Positions 25,985 through 39,463 of a DNA stretch of 64,000 nucleotides are shown piece after piece. Source of the stretch: Yuukianura sp. NJ FZ-2021 (lineage: Eukaryota). The notes below the pieces were generated by a model. The model was not told the DNA's origin. It ran no database searches and saw nothing but the letters and a program-made list of their open reading frames with translations. A program made the translations under genes and the position numbers. The stretch covers positions 1,054,001-1,118,000 of the forward strand of contig CM102286.1 in NCBI GenBank assembly GCA_046563655.1, given 5' to 3'. The first letter of the stretch is position 1. Each line of letters starts with the position of its first letter.

Positions 25985-26782
25985 AAAGACTAAAGTCTTT
26001 TAGTATTTTTTTTAAAACAAGTTTCACAATTCAAATTTAAAATTTGAATTTTAAAATTAAAAAATTTGGAAATAAAGAACCACGCTACATCACACGTGTT
26101 TGTGGTGCTGTTGGGAATTCCTTAAGCGTACTTTTGTAGCGTGGAAAAAACCTATACACGTTTCAGAATCTCGAATTTGAAACAGGACTATACTGCAAAT
26201 TAACATAGGAAAAAATCACTACTACAAACCAATTAACTTAAAATTTCCTGAAGTGCATCATTAAAAAGTCCCATGATTACAACAAGTTTTTAACGTTTGC
26301 CTTTTTAATAAATTTTGAAAGAAATTTGCAATGTAGCAGCAAAAAAAAATTCAAGAAAAACAACAGCAGTAAATTACGCAAAAAGCATAACGTTTTTTTT
26401 AAAGTTCTGCCTGCAACCCAGTTACCCAAAATTTGTTCGATTCAAAATAAAGATAACCAAAAACTCTAAAAATATTTCACAAAAAACTTTCGGATGTTTG
26501 CTTTGGTGGTAGACAAAAATCAACAAAACTTTTACGATACGGCGGTTTAACAAGCTTCTGGCATGCGGTGACATGCTTCTGGGCATTTCATGAAATCGAT
26601 CTATGTGACCAATCTAAAAAGAATTCATGCTAAGGCTTTTTGAAAAACACTTTTGGGGATTTCTTAAAAGTTTATTTAAGAAACAAAAACTTGATGTCAC
26701 GCTAACGACGGTGGTAGGGAAGGTTTACAATAAAAATAAACTCGTCGAAATTTTGATTTCCAAATTCTTTTGAACTTGAAAA

Positions 26783-28167
26783 ATGTTGTATTCAAAAATT
26801 CAAATTTTTACCTATGGTGCATTGTTTGTCGCTGTCCAAATTATTGTCAAAAGTCAAAGTTTAAATGTTGAACCCCATCTTCAAAGCTTCAGAAACTGTT
26901 ACATCAACGCCGTTCTACACGTGCAAAATTTAAATTTCTTTGTTTCTTCTTTTCCCGTCTCAATTTTAACGCCAGAGTACATCCAAAATTACACCGACAG
27001 AAATTGTGACTTATTGCGAACAGAAATTGAAGCGGGCGCTGATCCCGATTATGGCATATGCCCACGCGTGCGCTCAAATTTTCATATCCGAGGTGTGAAT
27101 TGTTTAGCTGTTGTTCAACTGCTCCCACCAAATGACAACTTTCTAGAAGATGCTTTTCTGTACATCTATAAATTTTGGAACCAGTATCGTCCTACTAATC
27201 GATTTCAATATTCTAGGAAACTACGAAACGGAACAATTGCAAAAACTAATATCTCCTTCCACAGTATTCAGGTTGCATTTTATCCTTCACGCATTTTTGT
27301 TCAAATTTTGACCAATCAGGTTATGGGTAGAGTAGCTACGATACAAAAGTGGAAAAATTCTGTGGCAGGGTATGGTTATACGTCATGATCTTCACAGGAA
27401 AAATTAATTTTGACCAAATGTTTCAACGCACGCATGGACAGAAGAAGGGGGGTAAAGCCCACCTTAGAGGGTTTCCATGGCAACGTACGTTAAGTGATTT
27501 TCAATTTACTGAGTTGAGCTTTGGTCAGTACTTGATGGGCCAAATGTCATATAAATACATTACTTTTTTGTCTATGATGACTGAGGCCCAAGGTCGCAAA
27601 AATTTGGCCACTTTTTTCCCGCCGAATTCCAAAAGTGAGAAACTAGATTTTCAAATGATTTCGGCAGCAGAACCGTTGCCATGCCACTGTAAGGGAATAG
27701 TGACCTCGAGATGTTTAAAACCTAATGTAATGTACGTTGGGCCAGCAGAAGAAGTGAGGTCACTGCTCGTACGAGGTCAATTTTCAATTGATGATGCTGA
27801 TTTGTATGAGGTTGATGACGTCACTGGGATTTTAGCCAATGAAATGACAGGATTTGACATAAGTCATTCTGTAACGAGTATTAGATCGCCACTTGTACAA
27901 AAAGTGAAAGCGTTTATAGAGTCTGGTTCATTTACAAAATTTAGTCAAAATGAAACGTTTTCAAATTTTTTGAAAGATATGTCCTTTATTAGAAAAACTT
28001 CAAATTTCCATAGTTGGCAGGATCCCAAGCCGCTGACTCTAAAATCAAAAGTAACCGTTTCGTTTGTGGTCTACGTTTTTTGCATCACAATTTCAATTTT
28101 GTACTTTTTGTTGAAAAAAGCTGCAGTAGATAATTTCCACACAAAAACTAAAGTCTTTGTGTTTTAG
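26783..28167 (+). pseudogene. IR array copy 4 with ~0.9-kb internal deletion and frameshift
   Basis: Exon-1 homology stops near 27380 and jumps to the S2-region sequence (acaggaaaaattaattttgaccaaatg). The intron and M1-M3 are absent, and the frame stops at 27388. Confidence 0.82.
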
Positions 28168-28601
28168 TACCTTTGCCCTGCGAATTCGAAATTGTTAATA
28201 GCAGGACTAAACAATTCGGAAATAAATTGGCTGAGACAAGCGGATGACATGTTTCGTTTTGTCAAAAAGCTTCACATTTCTAATACACGGCGGCGGTTTC
28301 TCTCAAAAAATCATTTAAGACATTCAGTAAACGCTGAAAAGTGTTGTCCTTAAACGTACGAATTAAATTTTGATTTCTGTTTTCAAATTAATATAGGTAC
28401 AAAATCAATACAAACCAATTCACTGAAACATTCCTTGTCTAAGCTAGAATGTGATTTAAATGTTTGAGAAATTTTTACAAGTAATTGCTATAGTATAGAA
28501 AAAAAATTAAAAGAAAACATCAAGTTAAATAGAATACTATGAGGTAAGGTCCCTTAAAAATGTTTTTTCAAAGCGCGGTTGTCATGGGAAAAATCTGAAA
28601 G

Positions 28602-28703
28602 TGACGTCATCCCGAGAGTAGTCGATGGGTGTAGCTTACCACGTTCACAATACAATCAAAGTTGATTAGCCACGCCCCCTCGTCTACTATCGCGATGACG
28701 TCA
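28602..28703. repeat. Imperfect ~35-bp inverted repeat (probable MITE relic)
   Basis: tgacgtcatcccgagagtagtcgatgggtgtagct pairs with agccacgccccctcgtctactatcgcgatgacgtca. The segment is not seen in other array spacers. Confidence 0.55.
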
Positions 28704-29186
28704 CGTTATTTTTCATTGTTTACTTTTCAAAAATCGGTTTTTGGTCGCTTGGGGCTTTTTCGCTGCTAGCTGAGAAAACATATTAAAATTTAAAATTTAT
28801 AAAATTTAAAACATAAAATTTTTTAAATGTAAAATGATCATGGAATGGAAAGGGGTTACACGAAATTGGTTCGTTTCAAAAACAACAAAAAACTCTTAAA
28901 TGATTTGACCAAAAAATTTCATGTTAGACAAAAATCAACAAAACGTTGTGGAAGTTTGCGATAAGATTATTTAAAGTCTCTGACATGGTCACATGCTTCT
29001 GAGCCTTGTCTGAAATAGATCTGTGATCAATCTACAAACAATTCATGATGATAAGGCTCTACGAAAAACACTTTTGGGAATATTTTAAAACTGTATTTAA
29101 GAAACGAAACCTTGGTGTCTCGCTACAAACTGTGCTAAAATTTAGTTTTCATAAGAATTAAAATTCCAAATTGTGGTAGTACAAAG

Positions 29187-31468
29187 ATGTTTTACTCAAA
29201 AATCCAAATTTTTACAATAGTTTTATTGTTTATAGCTATTCAAGTTATTGGAAGATGGCAAGTGAAAAGTCAAAGTTTAAATTTCGAACCCTACGTCCAT
29301 AGCTTCAGAAACTGTTACATCAATGTCATTCTGCACCAACCAAATTTAAATTTCATCGTTTCTACTTTTCCCGTGTCAATTTCATCGCCAGAGTATATCC
29401 AAAATTACACCGACAGAGATTGCGACTTCTTGAGAAACGAAATTGCAGAGGGCGCTGACCCCGATTATGGCATTTGCCCACGCGTGCGTTCAAATTTTCA
29501 TTTGCGAGGTATTAATTGCTTAGCTGTTGTTCAACTGCTACCACCAATTGATAACTTGCTAGAAGACGCTTTTTTGTACATCTACAAATTTTGGAACCAG
29601 TATCGCCCTATCCGTCAAGTTCAATACTCCAGAAAATTACAAAACGGAACAGTTGAAAAAACACAAATATCACCCAACGGGTTTAACGTAGCATTTCGTG
29701 CTTCACGCACGTTTGTTCAAATTCTGATCAATGAGGTTGTAGATAGCGTGGTTGAGATCCGACGGTTTAAAGATCATGACGTAGAGCAGTATGCTGTATT
29801 AAGTTTTCAACCAATCGAAGTCGTCGAATTGAACAAAAATTTCAGTCTTGAATCCAGTCGTACCAGTTTGTACTACGTGAAGAAATATTATGGAATAGTT
29901 ACAGGAATGGCAATGTGGAAAACACTACCAACAGAGCAACGTAAGTTAAGTGAGAATATACATTTTTAGGTTCCTTTTTAAATCAGAATTCAAATGTTTG
30001 ATTTTTAGTGTTCACAATTGAGCAAGTTGAGTGGTGGCATTTGGACAGCTTTTGCCGTACCTTGGGAACAAACAAATTCGGAATACATTTGAAAAATTTT
30101 CTGTTAGGAAGCGGAAAATGCTTGCATTCTGCGTATAACAGAATAAACAATCATACTAGCGCAAATAATCCGTCACATATGCCAATCTTCTACCCCACAC
30201 CACTTACCATGCCCCATAACGCCGGAACTAACACTTACTTCCAACCTACGACACATTCAACTATGCTGGTGGTGACATCTTCTGGACTGGAATTTGCATA
30301 TTTGCACACTCTACGGGACTACTTGTGTCCATTTCAAACATTTGCTTGGGTCACACTCATCCTAGTAACACTTTTACTTACAACTGCTCTACACACAGTA
30401 TTTCAGTTTAAAAAATTTCAAGATTCTCCATGGGTTTTACTTTTTGCGGTTTTCATGGAACAATGTTGTTCCATTTCAATCAAATTTTCAAAAGATAGAC
30501 TTCGTTACTTCCTTTTGGCAATATTTTTGGCGGGAATTGTGTTGACGAATAGTTACAAAGGCCTTGCAGTTATGTCGCTAATGAAACCTTTCGCTCAAAT
30601 TGGAATTTCAAATTTGGAAGAAGCTTTAGACAAAAATTACACACTGTACTACTACGACAGAGATCTGGATTGGCTTCACAAACAACTTTGTACAGGAGAA
30701 AAACCATTTGATTATGTATTTCAAAGTGTCCATGTACACCACAGCGAAAATCAGTACCTTAGAGGGTTTCCATGGCAACGGACGTTAAGCGATTTTGAAT
30801 TTACCGAGTTTTATTTTGGTCAGCACTTGTTAGGCCATCAAATGTCATATAAATACTTTGCTTTTTTGTCCATGATGACTGAGGCACAAGGTCGCAAAAA
30901 TTTGGCATCTTTTTTCCAGCCAAATTCCAAAAGTGAGAAACTAAATTTTCAAATGATTTCGTTAGCAGAACCGTTACCATGTCACTGCAAAGGAATAGTA
31001 ACTCCAAAAATTTTAAAGGACAACGCGATGTACGTTGGGCCAGCAGAAGAAGTAAGGTCACTGTTCATACGAAGTCAATTTTCAGCTGATGATGCTGATT
31101 TGTATGAGGTTAATGACGTCACTGGGGTTTTGGCCAACGGAATGACAGGATTTCAGATAGATGGTTTAGCAAGTATTAGAACACCACTTGTTCAAAAAGT
31201 GAAAGCTTTTGTTGAGTATGGTGCTTTTTCAAAATTTAGTCAAAATGAAACTTTTTCAAACTTTGTAAAAGATATGTCCTGGATTAGAAAAACATCAAAT
31301 TTCCAAAGTTGGCAATATCCGAAACCTCTGACCATGAAATCAAAGGTAACCGTCTCATTTGTTGTGTACGTTGTTTGTAGCACAATTTCCATTGTACACT
31401 TTTTGTTCAAAAAAGTTGCATTAGATGTCAACTATTTTCAAATAAAAACTAAAGTGGTAGTTTTTTAG
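29187..31468 (+). CDS. Divergent ionotropic receptor, array copy 5, ~737 aa
   Basis: Exons 29187-29940 and 30009-31468, 2214 nt in frame. Same motifs as copy 1. Confidence 0.82.
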
Positions 31469-31680
31469 CAACCTTCGACTCGCGACTTCAAATTGTTGCA
31501 TATAATAATTAAATAATTTAAAAATTCTGAAATAAATTGACTAAAGGAATCAGATATGCTTTGCTCTGTGCAAAAGCTTCACATTTTTATTATACTGCGA
31601 TGATTTTTTCAAAAAAGCATTTAACAGATTTAGTAACGCCGAGGTCATTGCCCTATGAACCGAATACATTTGAAACCGGT

Positions 31681-32822
31681 TTATGCTTGAACCGAAATGG
31701 GTTGAGGCAGAGTCTCCGGTTTGCGTTGTACTGTGACGTTGTATGTGACGTCAAGGTAAGGTTCCTTGCAGCAGTCGTATGTTTTGGAGTTCCGGTCTCC
31801 CGGAGCCGACAGAACTTTCCATTCCGTAATGTCGTCAAAGTCACTCATGTCCATTTCCTTTTGCTAATAATTTTTCAAAATTTTGAAATTTAATATACAA
31901 TACTAAAAAAATTCACAAAAATAATACTGGACTTACATCATTGTACATGCCCATATCTAGAATGAGTCCATCGTATGTCCAGGATCCAAACTTCATCATA
32001 CAAGTCTGTGGTGCAGTTGGGAATTCCTTGAGCGTATTTTTGCAGCGTGAAAAGAATCGACATGGAGGAACCCACAGGACTTCGCCATTTGGATAAATCA
32101 AAGCGTTAGTTTTGTCACAAGAGGAATCAAAGTCTCCGTGTCTCGTATCAGCTGCGTTGTACAATCTGCAAGAAAACGCAAAAATCTAAAATTTTGAAAT
32201 TTGAAAATCCAAATTTTTAGCGTATTCCATTCCAAACATACCGAATGTCAGGAATCCAAACATTTTCAACTGGTACGCGTAAAACCCCGATTTTGCTGAA
32301 CTCATCTTCGTCCCATCGGAGTCTGGGATCATTCCATACCTAGAGACAAGATGAAAAAAATTTTGAAAAAAGCACCGAAAAGAAATTGGATTTTTGATTT
32401 TTTTTGTTTTGCAAATTTTTTTCAGTACCATTCGAATCCAAATGTTGGAGTCTAGATATGAGGCGTACTCGTTCTGGAAAGTTAAAAATTATTTTTAATT
32501 TGAAAATTCAAAGTTTCTGAGAAAATTTTAATTTTGGATTACCATTTGAGCAGTTATGAGTGCGACACCAAATTTCACGCTTGCAGAATCTGGAATAATG
32601 TGCTTGTTGTAGTTTTCAAAAAGTGCTTTGTACAGCCTGTCTCTTGCATCAGCAAGTTTTCCCGTCGACCCGCCACTGATGTCTTGTGCTCTGCATTGGC
32701 TAGCTATGTTAAAAAAAAATACATTTAAAAAAATATATCTAAAAAATGAAATTTTTAAGTGAAGTTTTGTTTTAGTTTTTACCTAGAGCGATAACAACTA
32801 AAAGAAGTGCAGGTCGAAACAT
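31681..32822 (-). CDS. Soluble acetylcholine-binding-protein-like (nAChR alpha-type ligand-binding domain only), 6 exons, 251 aa
   Basis: Exons 32822-32783, 32703-32543, 32473-32429, 32339-32242, 32165-31937, 31863-31681 (756 nt). Signal peptide, WNDPRLRW, WIPDIRLYN (loop A), C-x13-C Cys-loop, FGSWTYDG (loop B), YDCCKEPY (loop C), then VQRKPETLPQPISVQA-stop. Minus-strand TATAAAA at 32900-32894 and AATAAA at 31591-31586. Confidence 0.9.
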
Positions 32823-34425
32823 TTTTGTAGTTTGAGAATTGTGTTAGTGCTGTTTATGAATTGAAGTGATGGTGGTGCAATTCAGTACAGTCGTTTTATA
32901 CCAAAATTTAAATTTTGACTGACGTAGATTTTGCAAGATTTCACAGATTTTTTTGTAGAAATAGAACTAAAGTACGTCAGGATCGCAATATCGCTGAAGG
33001 CCTTGTCGACAAGTTAATATTTAGTGATAACCGCAATTTAAGAAAAAACTTAACTAACTTCGGAAGAAGCCTATTTAACTTCAATTGAGAGTGAGCGGCA
33101 GGTCACTAGATTACAAGGTCAAACTGATAAAGTGAAGTACATTGACGCAGGACTGAAACTTCGGCATGAACTACATTTTCATACAAACAATGTTCCAAAA
33201 CAAAATTTTCCAAAGCCACTCTTATGTGTAAATTTCAAAATTTTTAAAATTGCGCAATAAGAATCCACTTCAGTTAAAATTGAGAAAAAATTCTTAGAAT
33301 TGAAACTAATTTTAAAAGCTGGTTTCCGGTTGAGCTAATGTTGAAATTGATTTGAATGAGTTTGACCCCTTGACTTCTGAACGCTAGTAGAGCATGATGT
33401 TGTTCAGAACAAAATCACAAATGCGAATTTTAAAAAAAATGTCCAAACACATTTTTAAAATAGAACATTTCTAAAAAAAAGTCAATCTATCACCATTTAT
33501 TTTACGATATGCTCTTAAGGAAATAAATTGCAGATGATTTTTTCATGAAATTTGCATGCAACTTATGAAGTTTATTTTCGTTTCAAATTACATCTAAACA
33601 AAAATTTGGAAAACTAAAGTTTCAAATTGACAAATTGAAATTTTGTAAGTTGATAATTAATTCAAGAGTGAAAAGCTACTTTTCAATTTTTCAAGTACAA
33701 TGGTCAGTATACGTTACAACTGTTGAGGTCAAAAGGTCAACCTAATTTTTAAGTCCATCCTCATCATCATCATTCCTCACTAAAGTTTTTCAATTGATCT
33801 TGATCAGTTTGTCCTTTACAAATAATGCAATACTCTGCGCGTGGTTAAAAATTGCAAATAAATACGTCGCTGGGTGAAGCTCAAGCTCAATGAAATTAAA
33901 AACTTATGCTTAAGTTTACGAAACTTCAAAAGAATTTCAAGTCTGCAAATGTCTGAGTCTGCTAAATGTTTTGATGTCATTTGTAACAACATTTGAAGTT
34001 CAAAGGTCGATGGAATCTGTATTTCTAAAACTGGATCATACCAACTAAAGATCAAATGTTTTATGCTTAACCGCCACCTTGATATGTGTCCATAATTACT
34101 TTTATATCGTCATGTTCAACTACAACAAGAAGGCCATATTTAACTATAGTTTACTAACTTTAACTATCATTTCATAACTTACGCTTTCCTAAGAATTAAG
34201 TCATTAGTATGTAACTTCCACATTCCCAAATGCACTAACTACAATAGATAATTGTGAAACCTCCAGGAATTAATAATGGGCTAGTGTAAAACCACATATA
34301 AGAAGAGCAATTTCGTGGTTTTAGTGTACATCCAGATCTCATTCGCATAGAATTTTAGTCATTTCCACCACAAAAGTTCAAAATTTTTTAGAAGTTCTCT
34401 TGTTTTGAGAAAGCCATAGTTTAGG

Positions 34426-36116
34426 ATGACTAAGCTTTTGGAAGTGAGTTTGGCGCTGCTCATCATCGCAACTACAACTGTGTCTGTGAATTCAAAAAGT
34501 TTGGCGTTAAGAACAGATTTTGTTAAAAGAGAAGTTCCTGCAGAGGATCCACCATACTTGTATGATGAAGCAGCCAACACATCTACGTTGCTCCAACTCG
34601 AAATTGTAAAAAAAAATTCTAAATTTTACTAAATAAACCATAAAAAAAAGTTTAGTGTACTCAAATTTTGAGAATTGATTTTTTTTAGATTTTTAGACAC
34701 GGAGCTAGGACGCCTCTTATGACTTTTCCGACGGATCCGAACAAAGACTTTGATTATGGAGTTAAAGGATTAGGGCAGTTGACACCCGTAAGTTTTAAAA
34801 TTTGGAAAGCATCAAACCAAAATTTTCAAAATTTTGAACTTTATGATTTTTTTTTAAAGAGGGGAATCCGTATGGGATATGAACTGGGAGGATATTTGCG
34901 TAAGCGCTACGATAAATTTTTTGCTACTGACTATTCGTCGGACCAAGCGGATTTGCTGTCCAGTGACACTGATCGAACGATAATGACTGGACAAGCGGTT
35001 CTTGCTGGACTGTTTTCAGTAGATTGTGTTGGACAAAGCACTGTTTCAGATGAATGTCCAGTTAAAAACCTCAATTGGAAACCAATTCCAGTTAGAACAA
35101 TTCCGGATAAGCTGGACAACGTGAGAAACTTTTTAAAAAAGTTTTAAAAATTTCATTTTCAAAGGTTATGAATTTGTAAAATTTCTGATTTTTAGAAACT
35201 CTTGTTTGACGCCAAGTGCAACCGTTTCGACATGCTGTTCAACCAAACTTTTAAATCTTCCAAAGTCAAAACTGTTTTGGACCAAAATAATGCAAATATA
35301 AAACTTATCAAGGAAAATACTGGATTGCCGGATGTTGACGTTGTAACGCTCCAGTATCTTTCTGATGCTTTTAAAGTCCAAGTAAAATTTCATAAACAAA
35401 AAAATTTAAAATTTTTTGAATTTTAAATTTCAAAATTCTTCCTTTTTCAAAATAATTCTAAGATCGAAAATGGACTGACTCTTCCTGATTGGACACAACA
35501 GTTAGACCAAGATGCATTGGCTAAGGTTGTGGATTGGGAATTTACTTTGAACACTTCCACGTCTGCGCTGAGTCAACTTGAGATTGGTCCCCTGATGGGC
35601 CACATTATTCAAAATTTGGAACTGGGCATGAGCAAAGACTCAAATTTAAAAAAGACTGGAGACAGTGAAGAGTTGTACAGTCTGCGCAACGCTAAAGCCC
35701 ACCTCTACTCCGCCCACGATACAACAATTTCATCGTTTCTAAATTCTTTTGGTCTCTACAACACAGGAGACCAACCTGTGTATACGTCAGCTCTTATCGT
35801 CGAACTTCACCAATCAGCAGCCACTACGAATTCGACCAATCAAAACGATCCGACTATCAAGGTAATAATATTATAATCTAAACGACGAAAATAGCTATAA
35901 AACGCCACTAGTTCATGTTAAAATTTAACTTTTTTACCCAATTTTTAGCTTTTCTACAAAAACAAACGGAATGAGCCTATCAAAGAACTGGAATTTCCAA
36001 AATGCAAGTCTCCCTGCACTCTGACTGATTTTAAAACGGCCTACCGAAACTGGATTTTGAGCGAATCTCAGTGGAAACAACTTTGTCAAAATTTAGTTCA
36101 AAAGAAAAGTATTTAA
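34426..36116 (+). CDS. Histidine acid phosphatase (lysosomal/prostatic type), secreted, 6 exons, ~430 aa
   Basis: Exons 34426-34605, 34689-34787, 34860-35120, 35196-35381, 35463-35861, 35949-36116. Catalytic RHGARTP and YSAHDTT, signal peptide, no C-terminal TM. Confidence 0.92.
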
Positions 36117-36294
36117 CTAAAGTGTTGAATTGATTTGGTAGATTTTTTTTTAATCACCAAAATAAAATTCAAGTTTGAGACAATAAACATACAAAGTTTG
36201 TGATTTTTAAGAATTCTAATCCAAAAATTATGGTTGTAAAAGAACTGTGTAAATATCATAAGGATTACTTGGTTTTGGGGTTGACATGGAGTGG

Positions 36295-37188
36295 TCAAAA
36301 TTTCAAATTCGAATGTTGGCGCTCTCTCTGAAATTTTGAAACACCAGCTTGCTTGGGTACTGAGCAGCAATAGATGTATGAAATTATGGAAGCCGAGACT
36401 ATTATAAACGCATTCAGGGTAACAAGAATGATTGCCAGTGGATCCCATCTCCATGTCCAGCCTAAATGATGTTTCTCTCCTTGCTCAGTTGTCGTACCGG
36501 TCGGTACCGTGGGCGATGGTGTCGTAGTTGTCGTAGTTGGAGCGGGTATTGATGAATCACAAATTCTGGTTGACAGGTACTCCATCAAAAACACTGATGA
36601 GTCACTTGGTATTTTTACCTTCAGTCTGGGCTGAAAATATTGGAAAACTTAAAAATTCGAGTATTATCAGAAATCGAGAAAACTTTTTTTAAAGTATAAT
36701 TTTATAGAATTTGCTATACCTACCAAATTCGGCGGTTCGAAAAATCCTCCGTCCCGATAAAATTTGATGATGCTCCACTTCTTATCCATCGAAGCATGCA
36801 GAAAGTACGGTGTTTCTGCGTACTCGCCGTCAACGATGACATCGTAAAGTGTTGCCCCCGGTTCATTGTAATATTTCAGCTCAAATTCAAAATAATGTTC
36901 TGGTAGAGTGTAGTCACTAAAAAAAGCATTTAGTTCAAACCAGTCTCCAACAGTTCCCACGTCTTTATTAATTTCAAAAATTCCCGTGCCGTCTATCCAT
37001 GGCAACGAATCACGGTAGTCCCACTCTCCATAGGCCTGATTCACAACCCAGCCATCTCCCATTTGACCTTCGTAGTCATCATTTAAATCAATTTTTACAA
37101 AGTATAACTCGTTGTCAGCATGGCAAGCACATTGAACTAACGGAGCACACAAAATTAGAATTTGAACACCACAAAAGAATTTGTCCAT
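36295..37188 (-). CDS. Type I membrane protein of unknown family, paralogue A, 266 aa
   Basis: Exons 37188-36724 and 36630-36295 (phase 0). Signal peptide, acidic/aromatic ectodomain, P/T stalk, TM ending in YCC. Confidence 0.8.
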
Positions 37189-37913
37189 TTTTAACGTAAA
37201 CTTTTAGCTAGTGAAATGTGAATTGTAACTTGTAAATCCTTTCAAAGTCTAGGTCATTTTGTTTCTGAGGGATTAATTTTTAAACCACATTTTGACACTA
37301 TGAAAATCCATCTGTGACCAACTTAAAGTTAGTTTAGCCTTTAATCCAAATGCCAAGATAATAGTGAAAAGTTTATCAAAGTTTATGACTGATCGAACAA
37401 CATCAAAAATTCCAGAAATCTTTTTTGCAGACGTTGTAGCACATTTCCTAGATTCCAACGTAAATTGGTAGTTACGTCGATGTTGGAAAGCGTTTTGAAG
37501 TGGCGGAAGTGAATTGAAACTTTGTATCTCGGTATCATTTTTTTTATTGAAAATTTCCTCAATTTTGGAGTTTGCCCACGGCCGACTTTATCCCATTTCA
37601 TACTCTTTTTTTTTTGAAAATGAGCATATTTAGACTTTGAAATAAAAACTCTGTCCGACAAAAACCTGCGAATAGGTTTTATTTGGTTGATGCTGAAAAA
37701 ATATCTAAAAACTACGTTTTCAGTCCTGTCGGAACAATTTCAGAACACGTTCAGTTTAATGTGATCAACCATACCTCAAGTTCTATCACAAATTAAAAAA
37801 CAATTAATTTGAAATTAGCCTCAAATTAAAAATCTATTAACCAAGATTCTGACAAGTTTTGCATTTATTTTATTAACACATTTATACATGTCTTTAGATA
37901 AGTTTGCTGTACT

Positions 37914-38854
37914 CTAACAGTTGTGCACCTTCACCGTTTTGGTTGCCTTGCAACAATAAATGCATGAAACAATTGACACCGAGATGATTATGAATGCGTT
38001 TTCCACAATAATAACCACGATCATCCAATCCCAATTCCAATTCCAAGGGCCAGTTGCACAGCATGGTACCGTAATTGTACAAGTAGGCGGCGGAGTCGTT
38101 TCTGGTGGAACCGTAGTCGTTTCCGGTGGAACCGTTGTTGTTTCTGGTGGGACCGTAGTTGTCTCTGGTGGAGCCGCAGTTGTTTCCGGTGGAACCGTAG
38201 TGGGTGTCGTTGGTGGAACTGGTATTGATGAATCACAAATTTTGGTTGACAGGTACTCCATCAAAAACACATTTGAGTCACTCGGTATTCTTACCTTCAG
38301 TCTGGGCTGAAATATTTGAAAATTGTGAAAATTGGAGCTTCATCAACAATTGAGTAACTTTTTATAGATTGTCTTTTAAAAGTTTCTCTACCTACCAAGT
38401 ACGGCGGTATGAAAGGTCCACCATTCCGATAAAATTTGATTATGCTCCACTCGTATGGCGTCGAAATATCCAGATATTTCGTTGTTTCGTATTCGCCGTC
38501 AACTATAACATCTTGAAGTGTTGCCGAAAATTGATTGTAATATTTTAACTCAAATTCAAAATAATGTTCAGGCTGATCGTAGTCACTGAAAAAGGCATTT
38601 AGTTCAAACCAGTCTCCATCCGTTCCCGAAGTTGAATTGATTTCAAAAATTCCCGCGCCGCCAATCCACGGCAAAGAGTCATGGTAGAACCACTGTCCAA
38701 ATGCCTGATTCACAGCCCACCCATCGCCCATTTGACTTTTGTAGTCATCTTCTAGATCAATTTTTAAAAAGTATAACTCATTGTCAGTATGGCAAACACA
38801 TTGAACTAACGGAGCAAACAAAATTAGAATTTGAACAACAAAAAAGTTGATCAT
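37914..38854 (-). CDS. Type I membrane protein of unknown family, paralogue B, 283 aa
   Basis: Exons 38854-38396 and 38306-37914. Same structure as A, with a stalk of 21-bp PPETTTV repeats (~38095-38220). Confidence 0.8.
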
Positions 38855-39334
38855 TGTTTGACTTAAATTGTACTGTTTTTAAAAAAAGTCAATAATTGCA
38901 GATCCAACTTGTAAGTCTTTTCAAAGTCTGAGCTATTTTGTCTTTTGGGTATTAATTTTTAAACAAAATTTTCACATTTTTCGAAACTCTATCCGCGAAG
39001 ACCTTAAGCATTGTTGAGCCTTTAATCCTAATCCTAACATAAAAGTTAAAAGCTAATCCGAAGTTCAACACGGATCAAACCATAAATCAAATCCAGAAAA
39101 AAATTGCGCCTTTCAGTGCATTTCCTAGAAAAAAAACTATTAATTCGAAATTTCGTTGTTCTTGAATTATTTGTTACTCCTGGTTATATGAAAGGCCTTT
39201 AAATGTCAAAATCGTTTGTAACAAAAACAAACTAAAATTTGATGCGTTTGAAGTTTGTTTTACACGGCAGAGTATTTATTTCCAAATGCTACGTACTTGT
39301 CACACGTTTTGTTTTTGACTTTCTGTGACAGTGA

Positions 39335-39463
39335 CTTTCATAGTCCTCTTCTAGATCAATTTTAAAAAGGTACAACTCTGTCACCATGCAAGCACATTGA
39401 AGTATTGGAGCACGCAAAATTAAAATTTTGACAAAAATAAAAAACACAAAATGTTTTGTTCAT
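39335..39463 (-). pseudogene. Truncated, frameshifted third copy of the type I membrane gene
   Basis: tagtcctcttctagatcaattttaaaaaggtacaactc...gcacattgaagtattggagcac matches the 5' coding end of A and B. Upstream 39490-39730 aligns with 38890-39130 and 37200-37460. Confidence 0.75.

Noticed and set aside
33090..33420. Possible decayed transposon (aaggtcaaact...agtttgaccc)
   Set aside because: Inverted match too short, with no TSD or second copy in the window.
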